Assembly (NCBI RefSeq): GCF_001194135.2
Contig: NC_068986.1
Coordinates: 52,140,833-52,204,832 of the forward strand
Length of the DNA: 64,000 bases
Source: Octopus bimaculoides
Lineage: Eukaryota
Direction of reading: 5' to 3'
Position 1 is the stretch's first letter, and every line of letters begins with the position of its first letter. The notes under the pieces are model-generated. The model was not told where the DNA came from, did no database searches, and saw only the letters and a list, made by a program, of their open reading frames with translations. Positions 38,150 to 52,720 of the stretch are shown here, piece after piece. A program made the translations under genes and the position numbers.

Positions 38150-40129
38150 AGAGGGGAGAGAAAGAGAGGAGAGAGAGATGAGGATTGTGGTGGTAGTGGT
38201 GGTGGTGGTGGTGGTGGAGATGGAAGTGGTGGCAGCGGTGATTGAATAGCGAAACGTGTATTTTTTCTTAACTGAACTAAGTCTTTTTTTTTTTTTTTTT
38301 TACATCGTCTATCACTTAACGCAAGCGCATAAGTGCAATTCCGTGAAATATTCATGCTTATTTACATGACAGATATATGCAATTTAACTAAAGGCTGTAT
38401 CATATGTACGGGATATTTCTTTTTGTTCATAGGAAAAATGGAAAAATAAGAGTAAATATTTACTTTATGAGTGATGTGTATTAAGTCTATAAAATTGTGT
38501 ATAAAGTATATAGTGTATATATATATAAAGTGCGTTAAGTAATCATCGTATTCCAATTTCTTACCTTTTTCAATGCCTATCAAATGAGCAACTATTTTTC
38601 AATACAAGCACAAAACATGCTACTCTTTCAGGTATTTTGGATAAAGTTTTCAGAAATAACTCAATGGGTCAAGACATAAGCAACTGTTTTAATGAATGAA
38701 AATATTTAGCTCAGTCCATTTCAGATTCGAATGCAAAGCTCTAAATATCAAGTGAATATCTGCAATCAATCTCATACTATTTACTACACCTCCATCTCTT
38801 CGAAAGCTACTCGAAAAAAAAAAAAAAATAATAATATCATTATTATATTTTATTTTTCGTAGTCTCCTTGCTATTTTCGCTATCATGTCCCAATAATCAT
38901 GACATGCTGTGATTTATTGAAACATTTGTTTCGACTGGTAATAGGAAATCCGATCTCTGTCCATTTTGGCATGTGGAATTGTGAGAGGAAATTGTCGCAT
39001 CCTGATTTAAGAACGTCTTTTTTTTTTTCCTTTTTCATAGCTGTTTATGTTTATGAGGCTACGTTAGAAGAAACAAAAACCTTATATATGGAATTGATAT
39101 CACTTTCTATCAAAACATGCTGATTATTAGAGAAATAATGACAACTGTTAAAAGATTATTTCATCTCAATTTTATGTTGAGAAAAGAGAGAAAAGGGAAA
39201 TAATTTTCTAGCATTTTATCGTGTATTCATTTCTGAAGAGGATATTCTTCATTTATTATAGTTGCAAAAGGATTTGGAACCGTGATTAGTGTAATTTTAG
39301 ATAAGGTTCTTTTGTACTTTTGTGAATCGGGGGATATTCTCTACATACCACTTGATCAATCAACTCCAATGACTGGTTCTCTTCATAATAACGACGAGAG
39401 ACTGGCACCATATTCTAAGAGGGATCGATGCTCTATAGTCTTTATTAACCTTTTACTTTCATGACGCATTTTGGCAAACATTTAAATAAAAAAATTATTG
39501 CATTTTTGTTTGAAAAATATTCCCCAGCTTTTGTTTTCAGTGCTGTAGTAGCATTTTTGCCTGTGGTTTGGTGTCATATATTTTGTCAGATTTTTTCTTT
39601 ATATTACTTTTAGAATTATCAAAATGTCAAACAATTAACAAAATCACTCAAATCAGCCACCATTTTCGAATTGCTGTGTTAAGGTCTTCCTCCATCTTTC
39701 CATAATTTTCGAACTTCTGTGCCTAACCTCGAGTTTTAATCAAATTTATTCTCTTCGTCATTTCATCTTTTTTGTTATCTATTTGTTTTCTGATCTCTCA
39801 TAATCGTAATGCGACCCAAAGTTTAGGAGACATTGTTTTAGATTGTAAAAGTACAGGAAATTATGAGAAACGTTATAAGCTCAAAATCGGTGAGATATTT
39901 TACTTTCATCCGCTCTACCTCACAAGAAATTCATATGCAGCAAATATCGTCACCCAGTTTGGTAAATATTCTCCAAAAAGAGAGAAATAGAAAAGCTCGA
40001 AAAAAGTACGAGAATTTTTTCTATATTTGATTAATTAATTTTCATTTTACACAAGACTACAATTGCATTGCATATAGCAATGTTATTTCAAATATGAAAT
40101 TGCAGAAGTTTTCCCAACTGCATAGATAA

Positions 40130-40496
40130 GACTCTTTTACTCTTTTAGTTGTTTCAGTCATTTTACTGCGGCCATGCTGTAGCACCACCTTTAGTCGAGT
40201 AAATCGACCACAGGACTTATTACGGGGACGTAAACACACCAGCATCGGTTGTCAAATGATGTTGGGGGGGGGGACAAACACAGACACACAAACATATACA
40301 CACACATACATATATATACATACATATATACGACGGGCTTCTTTCAGTTTCCGTCTACCAAATCCATTCACAAGGCTTTGGTCGGCCCGAGGCTATAGTA
40401 GAAGACACTTGCCCAAGGTGTCACGCAGTGGGACTGAACCCAGAACCATGTGTCTGGTAAGCAAGCTACTTACCACACAGCCACTGCTGCGCCTAC
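40130..40496 (-). mobile_element. SINE family A with an internal deletion
   Basis: Head ttaccacacagccactgctgcgcct; the family segment between ggacttatt and acggggac is missing. Confidence 0.88.
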
Positions 40497-42107
40497 GTTT
40501 ATTATTATTATAATAATAACAATATATATAGGGAAAATGTGCAAAGGTGACATTCATGCTTTTATCGATTACATTATATATAAACTGTTCAGTCAGAAAG
40601 AATCTGTTTCAACTAGAAATCAAGACCGCCTCGCAGTTTTACTTCCTTCGTTACATAATTATCGTTTGCTATACAAATTGTCATCTACTCCCTTGTTATC
40701 TGAAATAAATATAATAATAACAATTATAAAACAGACAAAATTCCCCCGAAGGCTTATCTATTGGGAGATCATTGGTACATCGGACAAAATGATCTGCAGT
40801 ATTTAGTTTTATTTCAATACGATCCGAGATCAAATTAGCCCTCAATCTTATTGGAATCGCTATGTGTTGAGGTTTAGTGCATATTTAAAAAAAGTCCCAA
40901 TATATTTACTTTCTTTGTTGACCCTTTGCCTGTGCTGCATATCATATTTTATAAACAGGACATATTTTCCTGACATCCATACCTCATATATGCTACATAT
41001 TGCCAATTGTTTCGCTTACAGAGAAATTTGGAACTTTATATTATTCCGCACCTATGAAGCAAGAGCTAACTAAAAGTCTGAAACAGACATGAAAAACTCA
41101 TAAAATGATTTGGACAGACAAATAGTTGACCAAAGAGGAGTATAAAAAGGTAGCTCCATGGAATATAGATGTCTTGAATATTAATTCCTCATCGCGAATA
41201 TTAGTTGTTATATACACCAAGAGCAGGTCAGCATGTGAACGGGAAGTAGATGTTTACGTACCAGATAAAATGTTGATATGGTAAAATAAAAGCAGGTCAG
41301 ATTGTTGGAAGCTATAGTATATGAACCGTATTAGGTTTCATGATGTTAAAGGAATATCCGTGAACCCAATGCTAATTTAATCGAAATAACTCAAACTCGA
41401 AAGTAATACACTCAAAACTAATTCTATTTCATTAGAAATAATTTGATACATCTTCGCAAAATGACTATTGTATCAAATCAGTAACTACCATGTGGTTATT
41501 AAATCATGCGCTGAATCAATGCCTGTTGGAACTTACCTGAAGTAATTTAAAAAAAAAATTTTTTTTACTATGAATCATTAATAGAACGGTGAACTGAGGA
41601 AAGTGAAAATGCGTCGGATGAGATAACTATCGGTATTCAGTCAAGACAATTTACGTTCTGCATGTAAATCAGTAGGGGTCGATTTCCACCCTTACGGGAT
41701 CGGAAAGATAACTACCTGTCGACTACTGGGATAAGTAAACTTAACTATACTTATCTCTTAAAAATCGCTGTTTCGTGCCTTTGTTACAGACCAATATTAT
41801 AACAGCAATACGACATTGGATTTTAAGAAATGGGCAGAACGGTTTATTATTTACGTTTGGGTTCATGTACTTTGCATTTCATTCTTCTTGCGTTTTATGT
41901 AGTGAGTAACAAGAATGCATTCAGACGTCGATCTGCTTGACTGTAGCACATCCTCAACCTTTCTAGCAGTGAGCCGATGCTACAATTTTATATTGTGCAA
42001 TACCAGCCCTGTTAATTTTAATCATTATGTTTTAATGTTTGCTTATTAGTTTCAACGTAGCTTCAACTCCGATCACGCATCTGGAGAGTGATACTATAAA
42101 TGGTAAT

Positions 42108-42300
42108 AAGGCAGCAAGCTGGCAAAGTGCTGAGCAGCATTTCGTCCGTAGTTGCGTTCTGAGTTCAAATTCCGTTCAGGTCGACTTTGCCTTTTATCTC
42201 TTTTAGGGTCGATAAGATAAGTACCAGTAGCGCACTAGGGCCGATGTAATCGACTTCCCCTCACCCGAAATTGTTGGTGTTGTGCCAAAATTTGAAACCG
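42108..42300 (+). mobile_element. SINE family B monomer with 3' tail
   Basis: ctgagttcaaattccgttcaggtcgactttgcc..tgtgccaaaatttgaaacc. Confidence 0.8.
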
Positions 42301-43006
42301 ATATAATAAATAGTATTAAAGATTATAGAATTTTTGAAATACACGTTTTCTTTTCTCGTTTGTCTAACTTAAGGATATACGATTCAAATATATTATGTAA
42401 TAATTGCAGCAGCCGCTCGTTTTGAGATAACGTAAACATTTACTAATGGAAAAGAATATATAATTATGGAAAATTTACAATGTTACATTCCTGAGGAAAT
42501 TTATCTGAAGTAACAAATGACTACCATTAATAGTAGGGAAGGGATATAACTGATGGAATTAGCAACACTGTATATTATTGGTTTACATTATATTGATCCT
42601 GAGGGCATATCAAATTGGAACGTCTTTCCTTAGGCCCTCACGTTCTGATAGAACCATAGGAGGACCTGTCAAGACACAGAGATTCTCTAACATTTTAAAA
42701 CATGACGGAGCCTATCCCCTTCTGAGCAGAAGTTGATTTCTCCAGAAAGAATGAAAGGGCAATGATGAAAATGCAGGATTGCAACTTATAGTGTAAAAAC
42801 CGGAACGAATACGCCTGGCATTCGATCCGATTCCCTAGCAACACAGATAATTCATCACCTATAAGTCGGAAAATTGAGTGATGTAAAGCTATACTTTTCA
42901 GGTTCATTTGTTGACATTGTTGCCCGAACCTCAAGCCAACTTTCATGAAGTAGGTTTGAAATGAAATGCTTTTCAGCTTTTACTATTCTATTTTTTTAAT
43001 TTTCAG

Positions 43007-43063
43007 GTATTCTGTGTATGGGAGTAAATTATGCAATGCAGACTTCTGTTTGAAGAAAATATG
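43007..43063 (+). CDS. Candidate isolated 57-nt coding exon of an unidentified host gene: YSVYGSKLCNADFCLKKI
   Basis: Long T-rich acceptor ..tatttttttaattttcAG; donor ATG/GTATGA; length divisible by 3; exactly one open frame; outside recognisable repeats. No homology recognised. Confidence 0.35.
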
Positions 43064-45507
43064 GTATGATTAGGAGTAAATTTGTTTACTATTACCACAA
43101 GGTCAAACAACTACATAGACAATCCCTCGTTGCCTCGTTGCAGTTCATTGAGTGTATCCTATCTGGTCACTCCGAAATATCAACTGCTTTCACCACTCTG
43201 AATTATTAAACCTATTAAAGAATATGCTACTGTATAGATGATATATAATAATGCAGCTTGCAATCTTTTCGAAACGCAAATGAAAGGTCGTTTGGCAAAT
43301 AGATCATTGTGTCTTGCATTATAATAGATATCAATATGATAATAAAATATGTTTGATCCTACCGCATGCCAATCAATAATATTAGTGCATTGAAAGTCAG
43401 CTATAAGAGGCTTTCCATGCTTTCCACACTCAGTTGTTGAGCTTGGAAATTTAACTGAGGATGTTGTGTATAATGTCACATAAAGTAATATAGATATTTT
43501 CTTTCACATGAGCTCAATCTTTCACATTTAGTTTCTATTCTTTTTTCTTCATTTCGCTTTCATTTTCCCTTATCTAATACGTTAAAATGATCGAGTGGCA
43601 GAATATTAAATACCGGTTTATATACATCTTTGCATGAATGCGCATAAACATGAATGCATATATACTTGCATTTACGCATACATAAGCAAATGGGTTTCCG
43701 TCTGTTTTGACGATAACGATTCAGTTTTACGATAGGCTGAATTACCTGCTCCTGAATTGTCGTGTAAGTAGCTGAGTATTCGACATATACATACACTCCT
43801 AACGTAATTCTCAGTTAGAATCAGGGTGACACGAGGTGTGAATATGAACTAATTTTGAAATATATATTACAATCGATAACACCAGCTTTTTCACCGTGTG
43901 TGCCTTCCCAGTTTCACTCACAAAGCATAGGCTGATACAAAGCAATTGTAAAAGACGCCCAAGTTGCCACGTGCCATTCTGGGCTGGCATCTTTCTTCTT
44001 TTCTTCGCTACCACGAGGTCTCACGTTCGATTCCAAGTGAGACCTCATGATTGGGATGTGAACTTCTTTGCCTCATTTCCATATTGCGACCGCATAGCTG
44101 CATGTACGCATACGTACATACAGACACTGACTCAGATACAGGCACATGCATCCATCTATACATAAATACAAGCATAAACACGGACAAACTCATTAGCATA
44201 AACATTTATATGCATATCATACACACACACACACACATGCATATATATATATATATATANNNNNNNNNNNNNNNNNNNNNNNNNNNNNNNNNNNNNNNNN
44301 NNNNNNNNNNNNNNNNNNNNNNNNNNNNNNNNNNNNNNNNNNNNNNNNNNNNNNNNNNNNNNNNNNNNNNNNNNNNNNNNNNNNNNNNNNNNNNNNNNNN
44401 NNNNNNNNNNNNNNNNNNNNNNNNNNNNNNNNNNNNNNNNNNNNNNNNNNNNNNNNNNNNNNNNNNNNNNNNNNNNNNNNNNNNNNNNNNNNNNNNNNNN
44501 NNNNNNNNNNNNNNNNNNNNNNNNNNNNNNNNNNNNNNNNNNNNNNNNNNNNNNNNNNNNNNNNNNNNNNNNNNNNNNNNNNNNNNNNNNNNNNNNNNNN
44601 NNNNNNNNNNNNNNNNNNNNNNNNNNNNNNNNNNNNNNNNNNNNNNNNNNNNNNNNNNNNNNNNNNNNNNNNNNNNNNNNNNNNNNNNNNNNNNNNNNNN
44701 NNNNNNNNNNATATATATATATATATATATATATAGTTATGCCATGTCTTGTTAAGAACGTAATAGAATACAGTATAAAGCTCATCCACCTTCAGATTTC
44801 ACCCGGTGCTATCCAGTAGTAGTATTATACGTACTTCCACGTTTGCGTTTTGACATATGTCGTGTGTGAACAGACAATTAAAAAAAATGATGTCAACAAA
44901 GAGTGCGGGTGGACATGTATTTTTTAAACACTATAACTGTTTCTAGGCAATGCAGTTCTCCAGGCGTGCAGTTGCTTGACTATGCAACCGGTTCCCTGCA
45001 TTATGAGATGTAGTTGTGTTTCCTCAGGCGATACGTAAATATTATTTCCGTAAGCTCAAATTCTCGGCTTCAAGAACATCCTCTCTGTCGTAGCCTGTAT
45101 TTATTAGTTGGCACTGGGTTTATCAGAGTGTGCTGTTGATGAAGGATCGTCGGTAAACTGCTTTGCATGTGCCGATGGTGATTCTGCTACTATTAAAATA
45201 GTTGCCGTTTTAAAGCTTTTGACATTTGATTTCTTTGTACTGTTGATTTGTTCTTCATGACTGTTTAAATATTCGATTGTACTTAATTGACCTTTAAGAT
45301 TCGGCTTATACGTACACATACATGCTGGTTCACATATACATCCATATACCTACTAACGCTCGCACGTATACATATACACGCACGCGCACATGCATACACA
45401 CATACATACACATATACAAATATATGTACATGCATACATACATACGCATGCATATACATACACAGATGCTCGTGTGTGTATACACACACACACGCACACA
45501 CATACGC

Positions 45508-45553
<46 letters not shown>

Positions 45554-46414
45554 NNNNNNNNNNNNNNNNNNNNNNNNNNNNNNNNNNNNNNNNNNNNNNN
45601 NNNNNNNNNNNNNNNNNNNNNNNNNNNNNNNNNNNNNNNNNNNNNNNNNNNNNNNNNNNNNNNNNNNNNNNNNNNNNNNNNNNNNNNNNNNNNNNNNNNN
45701 NNNNNNNNNNNNNNNNNNNNNNNNNNNNNNNNNNNNNNNNNNNNNNNNNNNNNNNNNNNNNNNNNNNNNNNNNNNNNNNNNNNNNNNNNNNNNNNNNNNN
45801 NNNNNNNNNNNNNNNNNNNNNNNNNNNNNNNNNNNNNNNNNNNNNNNNNNNNNNNNNNNNNNNNNNNNNNNNNNNNNNNNNNNNNNNNNNNNNNNNNNNN
45901 NNNNNNNNNNNNNNNNNNNNNNNNNNNNNNNNNNNNNNNNNNNNNNNNNNNNNNNNNNNNNNNNNNNNNNNNNNNNNNNNNNNNNNNNNNNNNNNNNNNN
46001 NNNNNNNNNNNNNNNNNNNNNNNNNNNNNNNNNNNNNNNNNNNNNNNNNNNNNNNNNNNNNNNNNNNNNNNNNNNNNNNNNNNNNNNNNNNNNNNNNNNN
46101 NNNNNNNNNNNNNNNNNNNNNNNNNNNNNNNNNNNNNNNNNNNNNNNNNNNNNNNNNNNNNNNNNNNNNNNNNNNNNNNNNNNNNNNNNNNNNNNNNNNN
46201 NNNNNNNNNNNNNNNNNNNNNNNNNNNNNNNNNNNNNNNNNNNNNNNNNNNNNNNNNNNNNNNNNNNNNNNNNNNNNNNNNNNNNNNNNNNNNNNNNNNN
46301 NNNNNNNNNNNNNNNNNNNNNNNNNNNNNNNNNNNNNNNNNNNNNNNNNNNNNNNNNNNNNNNNNNNNNNNNNNNNNNNNNNNNNNNNNNNNNNNNNNNN
46401 NNNNNNNNNNNNNN

Positions 46415-46447
<33 letters not shown>

Positions 46448-46869
46448 ATATATATATATGTATATATATACATATATATATACTTATATGTAGATACATG
46501 CATTCATGCACACAAAATACGCGGATTAGCATGCATACGTATATATATAGAAATACAACCCGACACACACACACACACACATGGATAGGGCGGAAGGGGA
46601 GAGGGAGAGAGTTCATTGAATTGTTATTATTATTTCACTGTGTTGAATCTTGTAAAAGCACACTTGACGCGGTGGCAACATCTTGGTATTTTCATAGCAT
46701 GCTTGTTTACCAAGTTATCGTTACTTAACAGGATGCACAAGGCGTCTTCAAGGCACAGCTCAGATACGCAGGAAAGTGTATTATATGGGTGTGCATTTTT
46801 TATTATTCACCATTCTATTTCATATATTATTTTTCTTTCTTTTAATCTCCATATTAGGTTCGCTAGTAA

Positions 46870-47928
46870 TGTTGTGTGTCGCCAGTTTATCCTTCAGAAT
46901 GAGGAGATATGGTTGTGATAACGGACCTCACATTGGTTTCTGGAGGCTCCTATGTATGCGTAATTTCGTTGTGGTGTTGTGATTGTGCATTTGTATATAT
47001 GATTTTTTGCATGCATTAGTTCCTGAGCAGACATGCAGATTTCTTGCCACAGCTGCAATTATTTGTACTATTATTATTTTTGTAGCTTTTTGCTTTTGTT
47101 TTTTTAGATGATCCTGTTGATCAGAAGTGTCTAAAATGTCCTTGATGTTATAACCCGTTTTGTTGATTCCTTTTTGAGTTTTTGTTTGAATTCTATTATA
47201 ACTGTTGGGGTCGTTACCCAGGTTTTGTGGTCTTATTGTGTTTATTTATGCTATTGTTCCTATGCCTTGTGTTGTTTTGATCAGTTTGTTCCTTGTTCCT
47301 TTTGATCTGTTTGCTCCTTGTCTGTGGTCGTTGTTTGCATGTATATTTTTTGTTGTTGTATTTGCGTATGCAGTAGTCCATGTTATTGTATGTGGTGTAC
47401 GATACTTTCTCTGTGTGCTTGTTGAAGCCATGATGACATTTATGCGATTTAGGGAAGCACTTATCTAACGCTGAAAGGAATTGTTTACCTGTTTTCGATG
47501 ACATTTGCAATCCGAAAATTGGGTTATACTACAGGACTTCGGAATTTTTGTATTTTTTGTTTGGTTCTTTTAGCTTATTTTCTGCATCATTTTTGCTATT
47601 AGTATTATTCTTTTTAGCTTTGTTCATTTTTTCTTATCTTTCCATTGTGTCGTAGGGTTTTGTGTTTTATTGCTATGTGTTCCTTGTTGTTTTTCATGTT
47701 GTATGTGTTTTCTACTTTAAGTGCGTGTTAATACTATTTAGGGCTTCGCCTAGTGTAAACTTGCTTTTTTCTTTATACCCGACATTATTTAGTGCTTCAT
47801 TGTAGTAAGGTGCATGTCTCGGTGGCGTAATAGGCGTGATATTCTGGTGGCTAAGTTCCTAACTATTCCTTTGGTTATGGATGATGGATGATTGGACTTT
47901 ACATTTATGCATCTAAGACACTCGTTCG
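46870..47928 (-). mobile_element. Penelope-like element 3' half (thumb, linker, GIY-YIG), decayed
   Basis: INVKSNHPSSITKGIVRNLATRISRL..APYYNEALNNVGYKEK; GKQFLSALDKCFPKSHK..FNKHTEKVSY; HIYKCTITTPQRNYAYIGASRNQCEVRYHNHISSF. Confidence 0.88.
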
Positions 47929-48833
47929 GNNNNNNNNNNNNNNNNNNNNNNNNNNNNNNNNNNNNNNNNNNNNNNNNNNNNNNNNNNNNNNNNNNNNNNN
48001 NNNNNNNNNNNNNNNNNNNNNNNNNNNNNNNNNNNNNNNNNNNNNNNNNNNNNNNNNNNNNNNNNNNNNNNNNNNNNNNNNNNNNNNNNNNNNNNNNNNN
48101 NNNNNNNNNNNNNNNNNNNNNNNNNNNNNNNNNNNNNNNNNNNNNNNNNNNNNNNNNNNNNNNNNNNNNNNNNNNNNNNNNNNNNNNNNNNNNNNNNNNN
48201 NNNNNNNNNNNNNNNNNNNNNNNNNNNNNNNNNNNNNNNNNNNNNNNNNNNNNNNNNNNNNNNNNNNNNNNNNNNNNNNNNNNNNNNNNNNNNNNNNNNN
48301 NNNNNNNNNNNNNNNNNNNNNNNNNNNNNNNNNNNNNNNNNNNNNNNNNNNNNNNNNNNNNNNNNNNNNNNNNNNNNNNNNNNNNNNNNNNNNNNNNNNN
48401 NNNNNNNNNNNNNNNNNNNNNNNNNNNNNNNNNNNNNNNNNNNNNNNNNNNNNNNNNNNNNNNNNNNNNNNNNNNNNNNNNNNNNNNNNNNNNNNNNNNN
48501 NNNNNNNNNNNNNNNNNNNNNNNNNNNNNNNNNNNNNNNNNNNNNNNNNNNNNNNNNNNNNNNNNNNNNNNNNNNNNNNNNNNNNNNNNNNNNNNNNNNN
48601 NNNNNNNNNNNNNNNNNNNNNNNNNNNNNNNNNNNTGTGTGTGTGTGTGTGTGTGTGTGTGTACATATATATGTATAGGTATATGAATATATCCAATATA
48701 ATAAATGCGAAAACTAATTTCGTGTGACAGTGTGTCACACTTTGACCCCCTCTCTCGCGATTCAATGACGCTTCTTCTATTCCTCGTTGAGAGTAATAGT
48801 AGGCATAAAGACAGTGACGGCGGTGTCGAGGAC

Positions 48834-48864
<31 letters not shown>

Positions 48865-49038
48865 AAAACAGAGGGAGAGAAATAGAGATAAAGAAATTAG
48901 GGAGAGTTGAAGATGTTTTATTAAAAGTAGTAGTGTTGAGGGTGGCAGTGAGAGTAATAATAAGAGAGAGAAAGAAAGAGTATTTTATTTGCGAGTATTG
49001 TTAATATTAGAGATCTCAAAATAAAGCAGTGTATTTTT

Positions 49039-49087
<49 letters not shown>

Positions 49088-50005
49088 NNNNNNNNNNNNN
49101 NNNNNNNNNNNNNNNNNNNNNNNNNNNNNNNNNNNNNNNNNNNNNNNNNNNNNNNNNNNNNNNNNNNNNNNNNNNNNNNNNNNNNNNNNNNNNNNNNNNN
49201 NNNNNNNNNNNNNNNNNNNNNNNNNNNNNNNNNNNNNNNNNNNNNNNNNNNNNNNNNNNNNNNNNNNNNNNNNNNNTATATACACATTATATATATACAT
49301 TATATATTATGTATATACATGCACATATAACTACAAAGTAATATTCAGCAATTAACTAATAACAATGGAGAAGAAGAAGGAGGAGGAGAAGAAGAAGGAG
49401 GAGAAGAAGAAGAAGAAGAAGAAGAAGAAGAAGAAGAAGAAGAAGAAGAAGAAGAAGAAGAAGAAGAAGAAGAAAATCAAAAACAACAACAATAACAACC
49501 AATAACAACAAGCGGTGAATAGAGAGCATAGTTTATTAAACTCCTCTGAGAACTTCGCTTGTCATTTAAACATATAAAGCAAATCCTAGGGAGACTTTTA
49601 TATCTCAAACAGACGCTTGCCACATTCCTGTTATTAGTCATCAGCCATAGTTAATACATCTTCACTTCTACATCCAACTCAGCTTCATTTAATGACATGA
49701 AAATAATCATACAAAACCATTTTCTAAAACCGTGATTATTTTACCTTTTGACAGGACGCTGTCAGTGTAACAAATCTTTCTTTTGAGATGTTGTTTTCTT
49801 TTCCTTTATGTTTGTTTGGAAATATACATTCAGGTATTTTTCGTTATTCGAATTTTCAAAGGTATCGTCTTTTATTTTCGTCTCTTCATCAGTATTGGTG
49901 TATTGACGTAATATTTCGCTATAAATTTATTTGTTGCCGTTATTATTAATATTATTGTTATCGTTTCTATATTGTCGTTTTGTTGTTGATTTTCTTCTTC
50001 TTCTT

Positions 50006-50081
<76 letters not shown>

Positions 50082-50093
50082 TTATTCTTATTC

Positions 50094-50126
<33 letters not shown>

Positions 50127-51249
50127 GTGTACCAACAATACGTTCTCGAATGCTCTCCAATCTTTTTTTTTTTATTCGTATATCCACACAAATTTTTAAT
50201 GCTAATATCTGTTTTTACCTCCAGTAGCCTGATTAGCTCTTTTGTTTGTTACCCCTCTGGGGCACAATGTTTGAACAATATTCTGAAATGTTTGCTTTCG
50301 GGAAACAAAATGTTCAAATGATGGCAGAAAGTAATTTTCGGAGGAAAGTGTAACAGTTCACTCAATAAACTTCCTCTCCTCAAAATGCAAAGTCTAAAAG
50401 AGGCTATACGAGTAGGAACAGCAACAGCAGTGACAGCAACAAGTAAAAAAAAAAGCATGCCAAACAAAAGGAAGAACCAGTTGACCAGCAGCACCATCAC
50501 GACAACAGTGCCGCCCTCACAGTAGCAGTTAGTAACAACAGCAGCGACAACAATAACAACAATAAACACTATGTAAATATCTATATCGAGAGAATTACTT
50601 ACCACCATCAGCACATCTCGTATGACAATTTATGTTGTTGTTTACCAAGAATTGTTGCGTTCACCAAGTTCTGGATAAAATGAATTATACCAGTATTATT
50701 TATTATTTAAAGAGAAGGAATTTTTGTTTCCCGTTTTCCATTCCGGAATATAAAAGAAAGGCTTTTAGATTATTGAATCCGCCCTCATTTCCTCAAGGCG
50801 ATAAAAAAAATTTCCTTTGATTTTTTTTGCTCAAACTCAATATATTTCTATCATCAGCCATTAGAAATATATATTCGCGTTGCATGAATGTCACCTCAGA
50901 GATGACAGGAAGATGTGCTCGTCATAGTAGTCGTTGAAGTCATAGCCTCGGTAACGTAAACAAATGCATTCGGAAATACTTTCAAACACGAAAACATTTA
51001 CAAAAAAAAAAAAGAGGAAAATGAAAAAGAAACAAGCAGACCGATATTCAAACACAAACAGGTGGATAATGGAAAACAGGAAAACAGATTGTCATTGAAA
51101 AGTATTAATTTAAATGAGAAACAAGATATCAAGATAAAAAATGTTCGGTAAACAAAAACAAGGCAATATAAACAGTAACGACATCAGCACCAAAAAACAC
51201 CAACAAAACTTTAACTTTTGCGATAGTTATGTTACAGGATGTCCTCGAA

Positions 51250-52720
51250 AAGAGGCAACCATAGAAAAATGAAATTTTCGGGAATAGAGATGTTCTCCCC
51301 TATGAAATTGTCTCTCCTGCATAACAAGAGTTTCGATATACGCGAAGGTGGAGTTGGAGAGAGATCTGAATGTCGATTTTGTCGGTGGTGTGTTTCTTGA
51401 AACGAGTTAGGATTATGTGGAAGCTCTTATCTATTGTTTCTCCACATAGCTGCCTACAAGACTGGCTCCGCAGTACATGAACAAGGGGAATAGAAAAGTC
51501 ATGAACAGATACATTGTATGTCATTACTTTTGAGACACTGTATGGAGAGAAGGTGACAGTGGAAATGATATAAAGAGATGTGTTTGGATGTGGTCTTAAT
51601 GGTTCTCCATGTTTTGGAGACCTCCAAAAGGCAGCAATATTACGTAGTTATATTACATTGGAGAGAATTGTAGTATAAGGCAGAAAACTCAGTTGCTTCA
51701 CATGTGGTCGTAATAACTACATTGAAGCTTTCATCCTAGAATAACAAAAACATACATGTATGTACCGACGCCTTCGCTCCTCATCCAACTAAAGCAGACA
51801 TGACTACAGATTCTTATCAAATAATGAAGCGGAGTTAAAAATTAGAAAATAGTCAACCGTACTCTTGGGTGAAAAGAGAAGGAAGGCGATTAATGAGTGT
51901 GGTTCTTCTGTAATAAAAAGAGAAAAGTCGGCGGTGCTCTAAAGAGCGCGCAAAACAGCCACACGTTTCCACTAGTGACACCACAACATCAGCAATGTTA
52001 ACAGCAAAAATACAAAATCCTCAGCAAAAACTCAAACAAAACAATAGTCCACAAAACCAGGTGTATGTGCACCTACAACAACAATATGAGCAACATCAGT
52101 TGCAACAACACGCTTAAAAATTCCTTCGCTTAATTTTTCTCCAAATGTGGACATTGAGATGGAGGACTTTATCCTCAAGCGACAAAGGAATACAAATCAG
52201 TTGAGAGGGCATAGACCAACATTTCTCGGAGGTGGCAATCGACTGGTTTCTGGTGATAATCATATCAGAACTGTACAAAAACTTGGATACTGATATTCCT
52301 ACATGACGCGGATGACTTTAAAATGAAAATTGCTTATACAATACTGTAGAGAACAGTTTAGAAAGCATAAAAAGACAAACTGTCCAGTTGACTCAAATGT
52401 CGAGTAACTACAATGTTTCCTTCTTTGTGCGGCCAACATATGAGCACTACTGGATGCGAGCATGTACGCAGTCTAGAATCGCTTTGAAAATAGTACTTAC
52501 TTAACTAGCACAGGTCACAAGATTTAGACTTGATAGCTACCAGTGAGACCAGAATTTTGGGGACAACATCTTTTATAGATAAGGGATAATAATATGTATA
52601 GAAAATTTTTCTTGCTGTAACCATGTGAACAATTCCGGAGGAATTTTAGTTGCGATTATGGACAAATCCCAGAATATATGGGTTGGCAGTTTTACCAAAT
52701 GACAATACCTATTCGAGTTA
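51250..52720 (+). mobile_element. Old L1/Tx1-like LINE remnant: ORF1 knuckle region and start of ORF2 APE domain
   Basis: GRKLSCFTCGRNNY (decayed CCHC, ~51680-51720); LDLIATSETRI (APE-like motif, 52524-52556); NSGGILVAI. Many stops. Confidence 0.45.

Noticed and set aside
42620-43480. Short ORFs 42695-42946 and 43180-43479 as a gene or transposase
   Set aside because: No recognisable domain, and alternative frames are full of stops.
45104-45319. 71-aa minus-strand ORF of protein-like composition
   Set aside because: No recognisable motif, weak acceptor, and the start lies in a microsatellite edge; cannot be supported without RNA data.
26423-50860. Other CTGATGA hits (near 26425, 29020, 37538, 49640, 49888, 50855) as hammerheads
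   Set aside because: Each lacks a pairable stem II, a correctly placed GAAA, or a stem III / NUH site.
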